A DNA stretch of 61,399 nt, filler included, from Globobulimina sp. (GCA_003354225.1; 23 parts of 23 records of this genome joined end to end with filler, not necessarily neighbours in it); one strand, 5' to 3'; shown: positions 11,616-22,303, counted from the whole stretch's first letter. Notes: a model not told the origin generated them from the sequence alone. Translations and numbers: made by a program.

Positions 11616-12875
11616 TCATGGATTTAAGTCGGATTGATCCGTACTGGATAGATCAGCATTTGGTGCACTTGCAACAGCCGCGGATGATAAGTTATGGTCA
11701 CTATCTTCCTCTTTTTCCTCCTGTATTATTATTTCCCTTTTTCTCTTTTTCTTCCTCACATTCCTTCCATAGCCATGCTTATCCCCCAAACTCTGATGAA
11801 ACCAACAAAACAATGTGCAATATCCATCACTGGTAATATCATACGACAACACCACACAAAATGAGTTGACTAAGGTTTCAATGCAGCGAATATTTATAAC
11901 ATTAATAAACCGCAATGCTAAATGCACCCATGTCACCATCATAGCCAACATACCAAAATAAATGCAGCGTAGCATCAATTTTCTCACTGCGGCTGAGCGC
12001 AATCCGCCATTCAATTCATCCACAAAATATGTACTGGGCATATCCATATTGTCCACACCATATTTATTTGTCAATGGTGCCTGTTCCCCGCCATCCAATT
12101 CATCGATGTCGGTGTCTTCAGTGTCTTCATCTTCTTCCAATGCGTTTTTATTTGCATTTTCTAAGGCTAATAAAGCACGCGATTTTATCACAAATAGCCA
12201 GGTTAAATATAGCGACACAAAGACATCCATCAGCAAAAAGAGCAATATTTCCTCACGTAATGCCGCATTTAATTCGCCGGAGCACATTCTATATTTGCCA
12301 GCATCTATTATGGTGGGGGTTTGATAGAAAACTAATACGCAAATCAAACAAAATGAGACTATGGAAATGAGAGTGAATGCTGCGATGAATTTTTGTCTAC
12401 GAAATTCATGTGCTGTGCCTTTGAAAAAATGTCGGATTCGAATCAGAAAAAATAGCTTTTTATTTTGTGTTGTTTGTGTAGAGAGAAAGTGCAGTATATA
12501 CACATACTGACATACATAGAGTGAGTATCTATAGATGCCATAAGAAAGTGCACTAAAATGCAAGGCTTGCGAACATCCGTAATTCATTGCATATTTTGCA
12601 TCCGCTATAAACACATTTGTGGAAAATACGAATGAGATGAATCCATCGCTCCACGCAAAGAAGACAACGCCAAATGTGGCAAATATCAATATTGTTGATA
12701 AACGTTTTCTATTTCGTGTTATATAGCCACTTAATATCCACGCAAATATTGTACAACATATCCAGACGATAAGTCCAGAAATGGCGAAAAAAACTATTTG
12801 CTCGCTTGTTTTGGTCCCGTCTTCAATTATAACTGGGAAACCATTTGTGTTTGTTTGGTCAAGTTCTTCTGACAT
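11616..12875 (-). CDS. 7-transmembrane GPCR-like receptor
   Basis: Seven hydrophobic segments, Cys at the top of TM3 (YGCSQ) and in ECL2 (RMCSG), long acidic ICL3. A 60-nt intron at 12456-12515 gives RYSLY|LFFLIRIR. Confidence 0.7.
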   Translation of the reverse strand: MSEELDQTNTNGFPVIIEDGTKTSEQIVFFAISGLIVWICCTIFAWILSGYITRNRKRLSTILIFATFGVVFFAWSDGFISFVFSTNVFIADAKYAMNYGCSQALHFSALSYGIYRYSLYVCQYVYILHFLSTQTTQNKKLFFLIRIRHFFKGTAHEFRRQKFIAAFTLISIVSFCLICVLVFYQTPTIIDAGKYRMCSGELNAALREEILLFLLMDVFVSLYLTWLFVIKSRALLALENANKNALEEDEDTEDTDIDELDGGEQAPLTNKYGVDNMDMPSTYFVDELNGGLRSAAVRKLMLRCIYFGMLAMMVTWVHLALRFINVINIRCIETLVNSFCVVLSYDITSDGYCTLFCWFHQSLGDKHGYGRNVRKKKRKREIIIQEEKEEDSDHNLSSAAVASAPNADLSSTDQSDLNP

Positions 12876-12973
12876 TAGGGGTGTCCGATAAGTACTGATT
12901 TTTTAAAAAAACTTTGGCTGACTTAGAGTAGGCCACATCAAAAAACGTATCGTTGTCAAACCGGTACCGTAGA

Positions 12974-13280
12974 ATGCCTTGCGTATCAATTCGTAATTGT
13001 GAATGTATTCGACGCATATCAGTATTATTAAATAAATATCAAACATACCAACAAATATTACATCCACACGGATTTATAAATAGTGATAAAAACAAGAGCT
13101 ACGATTCAAACACGTATAATGATGCTGACACGCCTGACAGTGATACGTATGATGTTGAATATGTACAAAACATCGATTATAATCATGATTTAATACAATA
13201 CGATGCTGAGAATATTGACCCGAATGAACATCCATATCACACAGAACAAGACGAAGATGAAGAAGAACAACAAGCTATTT
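12974..13280 (+). CDS. Hypothetical protein, 3' partial (CxxIxRIxxxLxxYQ family)
   Basis: MPCVSIRNCECIRRISVLLNKYQ followed by an acidic low-complexity region, open to the contig edge. Confidence 0.6.
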
Positions 13281-13715
13281 NNNNNNNNNNNNNNNNNNNN
13301 NNNNNNNNNNNNNNNNNNNNNNNNTTAATTAATTAANNNNNNNNNNNNNNNNNNNNNNNNNNNNNNNNNNNNNNNNNNNNACCCATTGTTATTAGAGTTT
13401 GTACTGATTTATGTTCCAGTTCGACAGTTTTCAATGTTGCCATTATTTTTTGTCCTAAAATGACATAGTTTTTACGTTTCAGTATTTTGCAATGATGATG
13501 TCCTTTAATTTTTTCACATGCCCATTACCTATTACAAGACAAAACATGGTTTGTCATTGTTAAATTTCTATTTTTAGTAAAAATGTGCTATATTCCAAAT
13601 ATATACTGTACTATTTAATATAGTACATCATTTCAATTATAACTCATGACAGACAAACGCACAAACAAACAAACAAACATCCTACCAAAATTATGGTATA
13701 TATAATACTATAGTA

Positions 13716-13970
13716 TTTACTTTGATGAGGTGGGGTTGTAACTTGGATAGAGTTGTCAACCTTTTGTGCAGTTTCTGCAAGGCTTTCGGGTTCTTCCATT
13801 GTTTCACCTAAATATATATTTCACAACAAAATTTTTGACAATAAAATTTTATTACCTGGTGGATACCATATTGGTGATTGTACAATACCACCACATGCTT
13901 CTCCTGGCTCAATATTTCTCCAAACAGCCATGAAAACATTAGAGAGGTTGTTTTCGGCTAAATGACTGGC
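13716..13970 (-). CDS. Probable internal exons of an unidentified gene
   Basis: ASHLAENNLSNVFMAVWRNIEPGEACGGIVQSPIWYPP joins in frame via a 48-nt GTAAT..TTTAG intron (13808-13855) to GETMEEPESLAETAQKVD. Confidence 0.4.
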
Positions 13971-14182
13971 TTCTTATGTTTTGTCAATTTTCAAATCACA
14001 TGTACATCACATCACACTCACTAGCTTATCTGCAAAACTGCTGAGAATTCTCTGTTTTTCATTTGAATGGAGATCTGCATCTATTTGCGAAATGTTCCAG
14101 GTTTTCCAGGCATATAATTGTTTAAAGGACAAATATATTGACCAGGTCTTGTAAATTTGTAGGATTTCTAATAACCGTTAAT

Positions 14183-14701
14183 ATGTCAGGACCATTAAAA
14201 AGACATATAGTTATATGTGGAGGAGAAAATGTTGGAAAGACTGAGATCGCATTGAGAATTAGTGATCCTTTGAATAAGCGAAGTTGCTTTGATTCCACTG
14301 CACAGCAAGACTTTGAAAGAATAATTAAGAATGAAAACCAAAATTATGAATTGAGAATTACTGACACCTGTAGTTTTCAATACTGGACATCATTTCCTCA
14401 AGATTGTGCATTTGCTGATGGAGCAGTTCTCGTCTACTCAATAAGTGATCGACACTCGTTCGAAATAATCAAAGAAGTCAGAGAAGCAGTTTTGTATACA
14501 ACTGTTGAGATACCTATGGTTTTGCTGGCCAATAAAATAGACATTGAGGTTTCAGAAAGAGTGGTGAGTTTGAAGGAAGGGCAAGACTTAGCAAATAGTT
14601 GGCATATTCCATATAAAGAAGTCTCAGGGAAAAAGAATTTAAATATCCAAACTTTTTTAGAGTTATTTTTGGAGCAAATTGAAACTTACAAGAATAACTA
14701 A
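14183..14701 (+). CDS. Divergent Ras/Rheb-like small GTPase
   Basis: G1 GGENVGKT, G3 DTCS (for DTAG), GAVLVYSISDRHSF, G4 NKID, RVVSLKEG, G5 EVSGK. No CAAX box. Confidence 0.85.
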   Translation: MSGPLKRHIVICGGENVGKTEIALRISDPLNKRSCFDSTAQQDFERIIKNENQNYELRITDTCSFQYWTSFPQDCAFADGAVLVYSISDRHSFEIIKEVREAVLYTTVEIPMVLLANKIDIEVSERVVSLKEGQDLANSWHIPYKEVSGKKNLNIQTFLELFLEQIETYKNN

Positions 14702-15897
14702 ATTAATATTAGCAATAGCAGACTTTTATTACTTAATAAAATTTTGTTTTTTTATTAGCACCTTTATACAACAATATATCACCTATTTTAGCATTTCTTT
14801 AATTAGTGGCAGACTGTAGCAACTGATTTGTATTTACACGTTTTTATGCTGATAAATAGTTGTTTTGTGACTGACAATGTACTTTAGGTAATTGTCTAGT
14901 AGTAGAATAATACCCAATTGTCTGCACAATTCCTCAATTTATCAATATGACTTGCTTTATCATAATTGACAGTGAAGATACTGGATTTTCTTTCACTACA
15001 AGAAGAGATGATGATGAAGTGCCATCATTGAAAAGCTTAGCAGCTTCGGCCATAAAGCAATTAAAATTGGAGAAATGTTGTGGTGATGTAATTCCTAAAG
15101 AATTGATTGCCTTTTTAAAAGCTACTTTTCGTTTACTCGTTTTAGTAGTTTGGTCACTGAATATAATGCTTTGTAAGTACAATAGGTTACATGTGATTCA
15201 CATATATTTTTCTAACTTTATTGACTGACAACAGATAACGAATTTAATAATGTACTAAATGTATTGTTGTGTGCAGAAATTTAATAAAGTTTGCATTCCT
15301 TAGAAAACAGCCTGATTGAAACTTTACAAAAAGTTTGGTATGTTTTGCTAATACTTGTGGAATTTTAATCAACATATCAACATTGGTTGACTTCCTGCAA
15401 AAACATTAATAGCTTTGATTGACAGTTTACAAAAAAATTGAGGGTTAAAGTTCCTTCCTGCAAAGCAAAAGTTTACGAAATTTTAATAAAGGTACAATTG
15501 TATTGCATTGCACCACATACAATGTAAAATATATGTGTGAATAATAATTGACATTAATTATCATGAACGGGCATAAGAATGTCTAACAAAATAAATTTTC
15601 ATCTCAATTGCAAATCACTAACTAACATTATTTGTTTAAATTGCTCTTAATGAAAGTTACACAAATGATATTGCAGTCAGTGGACTTTGAAATTGGTTAC
15701 CAGACAGCCCCCAGATCAGGAATAGTAGGCTCCTTTAGTAAACTCAAATCTAGACTGCTATCGAATAAAATTGTTGTTAACCCTTTTAACTTTTTCATTT
15801 AGAAAGTTACATAGTAACCTATTGATAAGCATCAATTGGTTAATAGGTTCGTTTTTCTCCGCCAGCCAACATATTAAACTTTTAAAACAAATTTGTT

Positions 15898-15922
15898 ACG
15901 AACGAACGAACGAACGAACGAA
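15898..15922 (+). repeat. (ACGA)n microsatellite, about 6 copies
   Basis: acgaacgaacgaacgaacgaacgaa read directly from the sequence. Confidence 0.9.
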
Positions 15923-16237
15923 GGCCTCTGAATAGTGTGTTAAAATCCGTGGAGCNNNNNNNNNNNNNNNNNNNNNNNNNNNNNNNNNNNNNNNNNNNNT
16001 TAATTAATTAANNNNNNNNNNNNNNNNNNNNNNNNNNNNNNNNNNNNNNNNNNNNTCAATTTTTTGTATATAACTATATTGCATTGGGTTTGCAAAGTGA
16101 ATGCAAGTGTACATTGATCGATATGTATTAAAACAAAGGGGTGGTTATCTAACAGCCCGAGGGGGTTCTGTATTAAAACTCATTGTTAAGAAAACTGTCT
16201 TAAAATATAATTCATAAAATAAGCTGTAGCGTGCTAA

Positions 16238-18019
16238 ATGAACCTACCCGTGGCAGATGTTCTGCAAGTAAATGTTGATGGAATACCTCACGTGTCTGAT
16301 GAACAAAGGCCATCAATTTTATTACAAACAGGCCATCAACCAGCTGAAGCTCCAATAAATAAAACGGTTAGTTTTTGTCCTCAGACAGCAACCAGGCAAT
16401 TTTATTCTGATGATGCTCCAGAAAAATTAATAATTAAGGAAATAATTCATGAAACAAAAGAAGAAAGTAATCACTCACCGGTACGATCACCATCGCAGTC
16501 GATTGCACCAATAAAAACAATTGGCGTCGTAGCAAATGAGAAAATAGTAAAAATCCCGGAGATTTGCAGAATTCTTTGTTGTTTGCCATTTCTTGTCTAT
16601 ACGTCATGTATCAATTTATTTTGTCCATGTATCAAACACATAACTTTAAAATGTTGTAGATTTTTTGCAAAGAAAAGACGAAAAACAAATCACATTAAAG
16701 ATGTATTCATTGATTCCCACTTTTTACCAAATGAGGAGTCATTAAATATAAAGGAATTAAAAACAAACGACATTGAATGGCTAAGTGTGACAGAAATGTA
16801 CGCAAAGAAAAAAACAAAATTAAATGTAGAAAATATAAATGTTAAAAATATCATTGATGGGCAAAATATCCAAAATATAAATAATATTATTGACAATAAA
16901 TGGTTATTATCTGCAATTATTAGTTTATGCCAATATCCATATTTAATAAAAAAATTATTTTTATTAAAAAGCGAAAAAGATCCATGCAATTTACACAGAA
17001 TTAGGTTGTTTGATGGAAGAGCAAAAAAATGGAAACAAATAAAAATTGATGATCTCATTCCATGTTTTTCTTCTACCAAAAAACCATTATTTAATTACCC
17101 AAAAAGCAGTGATGAATTATGGTTTATTTTATTAGAAAAATGTATCGCTAAATTTTGTGGAAATTATGGCAATTTAGATAACGAAACTGGTGAATTCTTA
17201 GCATGGGCATTACACGCATTAAGTGGACGTAAAGTTAACGTCATTATTAATTCAGCCAATCGACGCGATTCGTGGATAAAAGGATGTATAAAATATAACA
17301 CTATTTCATCTGAAAAGGTTATCAATTCGTTAAATGTACAAAAAAAACAAAAATTAAGTGCAAATCCGAAAGAACAATATAAAATACATTTTGATGACGC
17401 TCCAAAAAATTATTTTTCTACAAGAACGTTATGGTTTGTTTTAAATCGACAGTTTGATGATGAATCATTAATTGTGGCGACGCAAAGTTCAAGGAAATTA
17501 TTCAAGAAATTTGAGTTGTGTCAATGTGAAAATAATTTGAATGTGATGTTAGAGTCAGATGACAGTTATAACATATTACAAATTAAAGAGATTGGGTGTT
17601 TTAAATTAATTGAACTGAATAATTCATGGAATACATTTACATGGAATGGGAAATGGAGCAATAACCATCCAATTTGGGAGGAACATCCACTTATTTTTGA
17701 TGCATTAAAACCAGATTTTAATCAAACAGATAGATTTTGGATTGAATTAAGCGAATTTGTTTTATTATTTAATGTGATTTATATCTGTCACCGAGTAAAA
17801 AGAATTAATCATAAAAATGATTTGATTTTAAATGTTAATCCAGATACAAATATATGTGATGCATCAACTGTATGTTGTAAGAAATGTTTTCATTTTTGGT
17901 GTAAATGTGTTTCGTGTAAAACAATGTATCCAAAAGTGTATAAGAAATGGATGAATCGAAGTATGAATAGAAAAGTAGTAAATCAGGACGTTAAATCCAA
18001 ATATGTGTCGAATGTCTAA
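16238..18019 (+). CDS. Calpain-like (CysPc) protein, predicted catalytically inactive
   Basis: WLLSAI, W..IKIDDLIP, ELWFILLEKCIAKFCGNYGNL, ALHALSG, WNGKWS...W, FWIELSEF. Catalytic Cys and His positions are substituted. Confidence 0.9.
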   Translation: MNLPVADVLQVNVDGIPHVSDEQRPSILLQTGHQPAEAPINKTVSFCPQTATRQFYSDDAPEKLIIKEIIHETKEESNHSPVRSPSQSIAPIKTIGVVANEKIVKIPEICRILCCLPFLVYTSCINLFCPCIKHITLKCCRFFAKKRRKTNHIKDVFIDSHFLPNEESLNIKELKTNDIEWLSVTEMYAKKKTKLNVENINVKNIIDGQNIQNINNIIDNKWLLSAIISLCQYPYLIKKLFLLKSEKDPCNLHRIRLFDGRAKKWKQIKIDDLIPCFSSTKKPLFNYPKSSDELWFILLEKCIAKFCGNYGNLDNETGEFLAWALHALSGRKVNVIINSANRRDSWIKGCIKYNTISSEKVINSLNVQKKQKLSANPKEQYKIHFDDAPKNYFSTRTLWFVLNRQFDDESLIVATQSSRKLFKKFELCQCENNLNVMLESDDSYNILQIKEIGCFKLIELNNSWNTFTWNGKWSNNHPIWEEHPLIFDALKPDFNQTDRFWIELSEFVLLFNVIYICHRVKRINHKNDLILNVNPDTNICDASTVCCKKCFHFWCKCVSCKTMYPKVYKKWMNRSMNRKVVNQDVKSKYVSNV

Positions 18020-18362
18020 TATAACTTGGTTTTTGTATATGTTATGGTCATATTTAATGTAATTATAAAGCTTCACCTGTCCTTAGGGTCTGTTTTGAGA
18101 ATACTTTAGAACAGCATTTACTTGCATTCCCATCAATGATAAAAAAATGGGTTATCCTAGTTTGTGCGGATTATCCTTGATAGGTTTTATCGTCGCCGTA
18201 GAGATAACAACATCGAGTGTAGCATTATGCAGATATTCTTTAAGTTGGTTTTCATCCTAGTGTCCGATATCATCTTTTTCAGAAATAATATTTTTCAGAA
18301 ATCAGGAAGCACAAAAAATAGAACATTGAATTATTTGAATATAACTAGGTGGTGAAACATAA

Positions 18363-18630
18363 ATGGACATGGAAGCCAATGAAAAGAAAGAAATGTCAAA
18401 AGCATTCCTACAAAAAGCACATCAACAACAATTGCAAAACAAAATGAGTAACAAATACAATCAAGATGAAATCGTTGAAATTTTAGGCGGAATTGATAAT
18501 TTATTAGATAATGTGCTCGAATCTAATATAGTCTTAAATGAATCACAAATGTCTCAAATATATAAACTTATCAATACACCATTGAAGCCACAACAAAAAA
18601 AAAAAAGGAAAAAAAACATATTATTCTTTT
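18363..18630 (+). CDS. Hypothetical protein, 3' partial
   Basis: ATG-initiated frame open to the contig edge. No family recognised. Confidence 0.5.
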
Positions 18631-18730
18631 NNNNNNNNNNNNNNNNNNNNNNNNNNNNNNNNNNNNNNNNNNNNTTAATTAATTAANNNNNNNNNNNNNN
18701 NNNNNNNNNNNNNNNNNNNNNNNNNNNNNN

Positions 18731-19548
18731 CCAAAGTGCCTAACTCTGCCGGATGTCTATGCGATATGACAGGGCCGCCATTATCTCCGCCACAAACTGT
18801 CACCAAACTATCCGCGTCATTCCATTGGTCCATAAAACATATCATTGACTCATCCGTATAATAATCCGTTCCCGTCACTCGATCACACTCTTCATTTCGA
18901 AAATATTCCTCTGTGCCATTCCTATATACAATTAAAAATTAGATATATTATATCCTTGCACATACGTATAATCACAAAGCAATATGAAAAACAAACGTAC
19001 GTCAAATTGCCATAAACGAATTGGAAACGAGTTCTGCCATAACCATAAACTGATAAAGGATGACCATTCTCGCCACACGGTACACCTGATTCCAATGGAA
19101 GAGGGGCCACACCCACCGGTTCATTGATCACTCGATCCAATCGAAGCAATGCAATATCATATAACGGTGGTTGTAAATCAACTAAATAGTGATGAAAATC
19201 GGGATGAATAACTACATCGGCTACGGTATATTGGACTGGTTGTGTCTCACCAGTAAGACACGTGTGTTCATCACAGCCGATTTCTACTTTGTCGCCACAT
19301 TCACGACCAAATACAATATCAGATGCTACGCAATGGGCAGCGGTTGCCACTACAGGTGGATCTAAACTAATTATGGTCGCTGCACAACAATGTTCTGAAT
19401 CTTCAACATCGTTTCGTATGGTTGCCATGTATGGCGCTTCAGACCATAACGTAGTTACACCATGGTATATGCCCAAACCTGCGGATTGATTTGTTGGCTT
19501 GGAGTTGGAGCTAATTGTTTGAATAATTAAGGCTAGTATCCAAAGCAT
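18731..19548 (-). CDS. Secreted S1A trypsin-family homolog with catalytic Ser replaced by Asn, 3' partial
   Basis: Signal peptide, IYHG activation-like site, PYMA, TAAHC, YDIALLRL, VYGYGRT. A 79-nt intron at 18922-19000 precedes MIC..CGGDNGGP. Confidence 0.88.
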
Positions 19549-19584
19549 GCTTATCACTGTGATTTTGCTTTAATTTTAAAAAAC

Positions 19585-20277
19585 TTACCGGGAAAACATG
19601 GTAACATCGGACATTGCAATGTAGTGATCATTATCTCCCGTACACACAAACGACGGATAATATGTTATATCTGGGTGAATATCATACATTTTATTGCCTA
19701 CGCGCTCATCATTTTTCTCAAATGCTATTTTCCAATTATCGCAATCCAAAATCACAGTCAAAATATCGCCAGATGTCCACCCATCCATCACCTGTTCCAG
19801 CATAAAAGTGTCTAAATGCACACTCCGTGCAATATGGTACTGATTATATCCAAACCAATAATAACTATAATTAGGATCACCAAACCATGCATTTGATGTT
19901 GTTGCAGACGAATGACCGGACCATACACCAATTGCTTGATATGAACCTGGATCAGAATGTTCACATTTTATTTTCCAAACATGATATCCCGATTTGTATG
20001 CAATGTCTGCAGACACCATTCTGTTTGGTGACCAGTCCACTTGTTTTGCTTTAAACTCAGTATCGTTTTTGTGCATTGTTACAGTCTGTGTGCAATAAAC
20101 AGGAAATCTCAGTGCTTCTAAATGAACATGATAACATTCAAAAATCATTTCCAATATGACATCTGGTATATTTATTGATGAACTCTCCCGGCAATAACCA
20201 TGCAGTAACAATGAATCCAATTGTTGTTGTGTTCCACTCCATTTTAGTGATTTTACTTTGCTTTGTTTGTTGCCCAT
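19585..20277 (-). CDS. N-myristoylated SPRY/B30.2-like domain protein
   Basis: MGNKQS myristoylation motif. SGYHVWKIK, AIGVW, GDILTVILDCDNWKIAFEKN and YYPSF form the SPRY pattern. Confidence 0.75.
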   Translation of the reverse strand: MGNKQSKVKSLKWSGTQQQLDSLLLHGYCRESSSINIPDVILEMIFECYHVHLEALRFPVYCTQTVTMHKNDTEFKAKQVDWSPNRMVSADIAYKSGYHVWKIKCEHSDPGSYQAIGVWSGHSSATTSNAWFGDPNYSYYWFGYNQYHIARSVHLDTFMLEQVMDGWTSGDILTVILDCDNWKIAFEKNDERVGNKMYDIHPDITYYPSFVCTGDNDHYIAMSDVTMFSR

Positions 20278-20792
20278 GTTTGTTAGACTTCAGTTGCTGA
20301 CTATTTTCTAAAATCGATTATGGGCATGGCTCTTTTTACAGAAACGGTATGATTTTTTGACTCTTTATAACATAATCAACATATTCAGGTCGGAAAAATG
20401 TTTTCAAGATACCAACGTAATCTCAAGGCTGAGAAAAAAAGTTAACGTTTACATTATGCGATCACGTTATCGAAACTTTGAAATTGAATCAACGGAATTG
20501 TCATCTGTATCGCCAACCGATTATTTTGCAGGTACGTACGGTCACTGTTATTGCTGACTGCTCAGGTTATAATTACCTCAATTAAATTAAATGCATCAAA
20601 TCGGATCTGATCGGGACTAAATTAGGTCAGGTATTGTCTAAATCTGACTGGTCAGAAAAATATGCTGACCGTTGAGCTAAAGGGAAATTACTATAGGAAT
20701 AGCATATTGGTAGGCTGACCAGTCAGCCATCACTGATTTGATTCTGATCTAAAATTCTGACCTGAGTCACCGACAGGCGTTGACCATCAACA

Positions 20793-21305
20793 ATGACCGT
20801 ACGTTTCTGTTATTTTGAAGCTGGAAAATCAAAGCAAGAACAATATAGTTACACTCCTTTGTTATCAAAATGGAATCTAATTCAATATTATTGGCACAAA
20901 CCATTATTTTATTGTACATTTATTAACATTGTCAAGATTTTCACCATTATATTATTATTTATTGTATCTATTTTTATATTATGGACATCTCCTAACATGC
21001 AGATATCATAAAGCATTATGTACTCCGTATATTATGTTTGTACAAAGTTATCATAACAACCAATTGGAAGCAACTCTTATTACTGATTATCAATTAAAAC
21101 AAGAAACAAAATGTGCAAAACAAAGCAAATTATTGTATAACGATACATATAAACATGAATTTGGATTATTATTAACAGAAAGAAATAAAATGGAGGAATG
21201 GTTGGTAAAATTGGTTCAATACAAACCTCAAATTAAAATACAAGAAATTAATATGCTAATATTAATGGATCATGATTTGAATACAAATTCATGCAAATGG
21301 ATTGT
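20793..21305 (+). CDS. Hypothetical membrane-anchored protein, 3' partial, frame switch near 21000
   Basis: ORF with a TM helix stops at 21011. An overlapping +1 frame continues to the contig edge. Confidence 0.4.
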
Positions 21306-21405
21306 NNNNNNNNNNNNNNNNNNNNNNNNNNNNNNNNNNNNNNNNNNNNTTAATTAATTAANNNNNNNNNNNNNNNNNNNNNNNNNNNNNNNNNNNNNNN
21401 NNNNN

Positions 21406-21930
21406 CTAAAATGCATCGGAATAATCATCAACACTAAAATACATCGGGACAGACATCAACACTAAAATGCATCGGGATAAAATGCATCGGGACAAACATC
21501 AACACTAAAATACATCGGGATAGGAATCGACACTAAAATACATCAAGGTAGGCATCAGGATAATCATCAACACTAAAATGCATCGGGACAGACATCAACA
21601 CTAAAATACATCGGGATAGGAATCGACACTAAAATACATCAGGGTAGGCATCGGGATAATCATCAACACTAAAATGCATCGGGATATCATCGGGATAGGC
21701 ATCAACACTAAAATACATCAGGGTAGGCATCGGGATAGACATCGGGATAGACATCGACACTAAAATACATCGGGATATGCGTCGGGCTAATCATCAACAC
21801 TAAAATGCTTCGGGACACATCGGAATAGGCATCGGGCTAATCATCAACACTAAAATGCTTCGGGACAGACATCAACACTAAAATTCATCGGGATATGCAT
21901 CGGGCTAATCATCAACACTAAAAAGCATCA
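21406..21930 (+). repeat. Modular satellite (CATCAACACTAAAATR and CATCGGGAYANN modules)
   Basis: About 525 bp of interleaved 16-nt and about 12-nt modules that both begin CATC, truncated by the contig start. Confidence 0.95.
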
Positions 21931-21994
21931 AACCAATGAATTAATAGAGTGTGAGTAAAAATTAAACTGATCCGCTGGCTATCCAGCGGGTACT

Positions 21995-22303
21995 TCACTT
22001 GTTTAATATATTTGGCTGTGGAGTGGATCCAATGTACACATTTTCAATATCAATTTCTCCAATATCTCGCAATGCATTTTTTAATTTCCTTTTGCTGTTT
22101 TTTCTCAATCTCCATGAAGTTGAAAATGCAATCTTACAGTTTGTTGACTTAACAATAAATCCAATCCGTTTTAAATGATCCCCAGACAAAGCCAATCCAT
22201 TTTTATATTGCATTGATGAATAATTCAACACACCATCAACATCCAAAAATAATATCTTTACTTCCTGTTTGTCACTCAAATCCTCTTTTGATTCGTTTGC
22301 CAT
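21995..22303 (-). CDS. HAD-superfamily protein (Swiss Army Knife RNA-repair-like HAD), truncated or first exon only
   Basis: ILFLDVDGVLN (motif I), KIAFSTSWR (motif II), IGSTP. The expected R..EI..WL and DD motifs are absent before the stop. Confidence 0.75.
   Translation of the reverse strand: MANESKEDLSDKQEVKILFLDVDGVLNYSSMQYKNGLALSGDHLKRIGFIVKSTNCKIAFSTSWRLRKNSKRKLKNALRDIGEIDIENVYIGSTPQPNILNK

Noticed and set aside
21406-21930. CRISPR-like appearance of the CATC array
   Set aside because: There are no unique spacers, the modules are themselves repeated, no cas genes are present and the context is eukaryotic.
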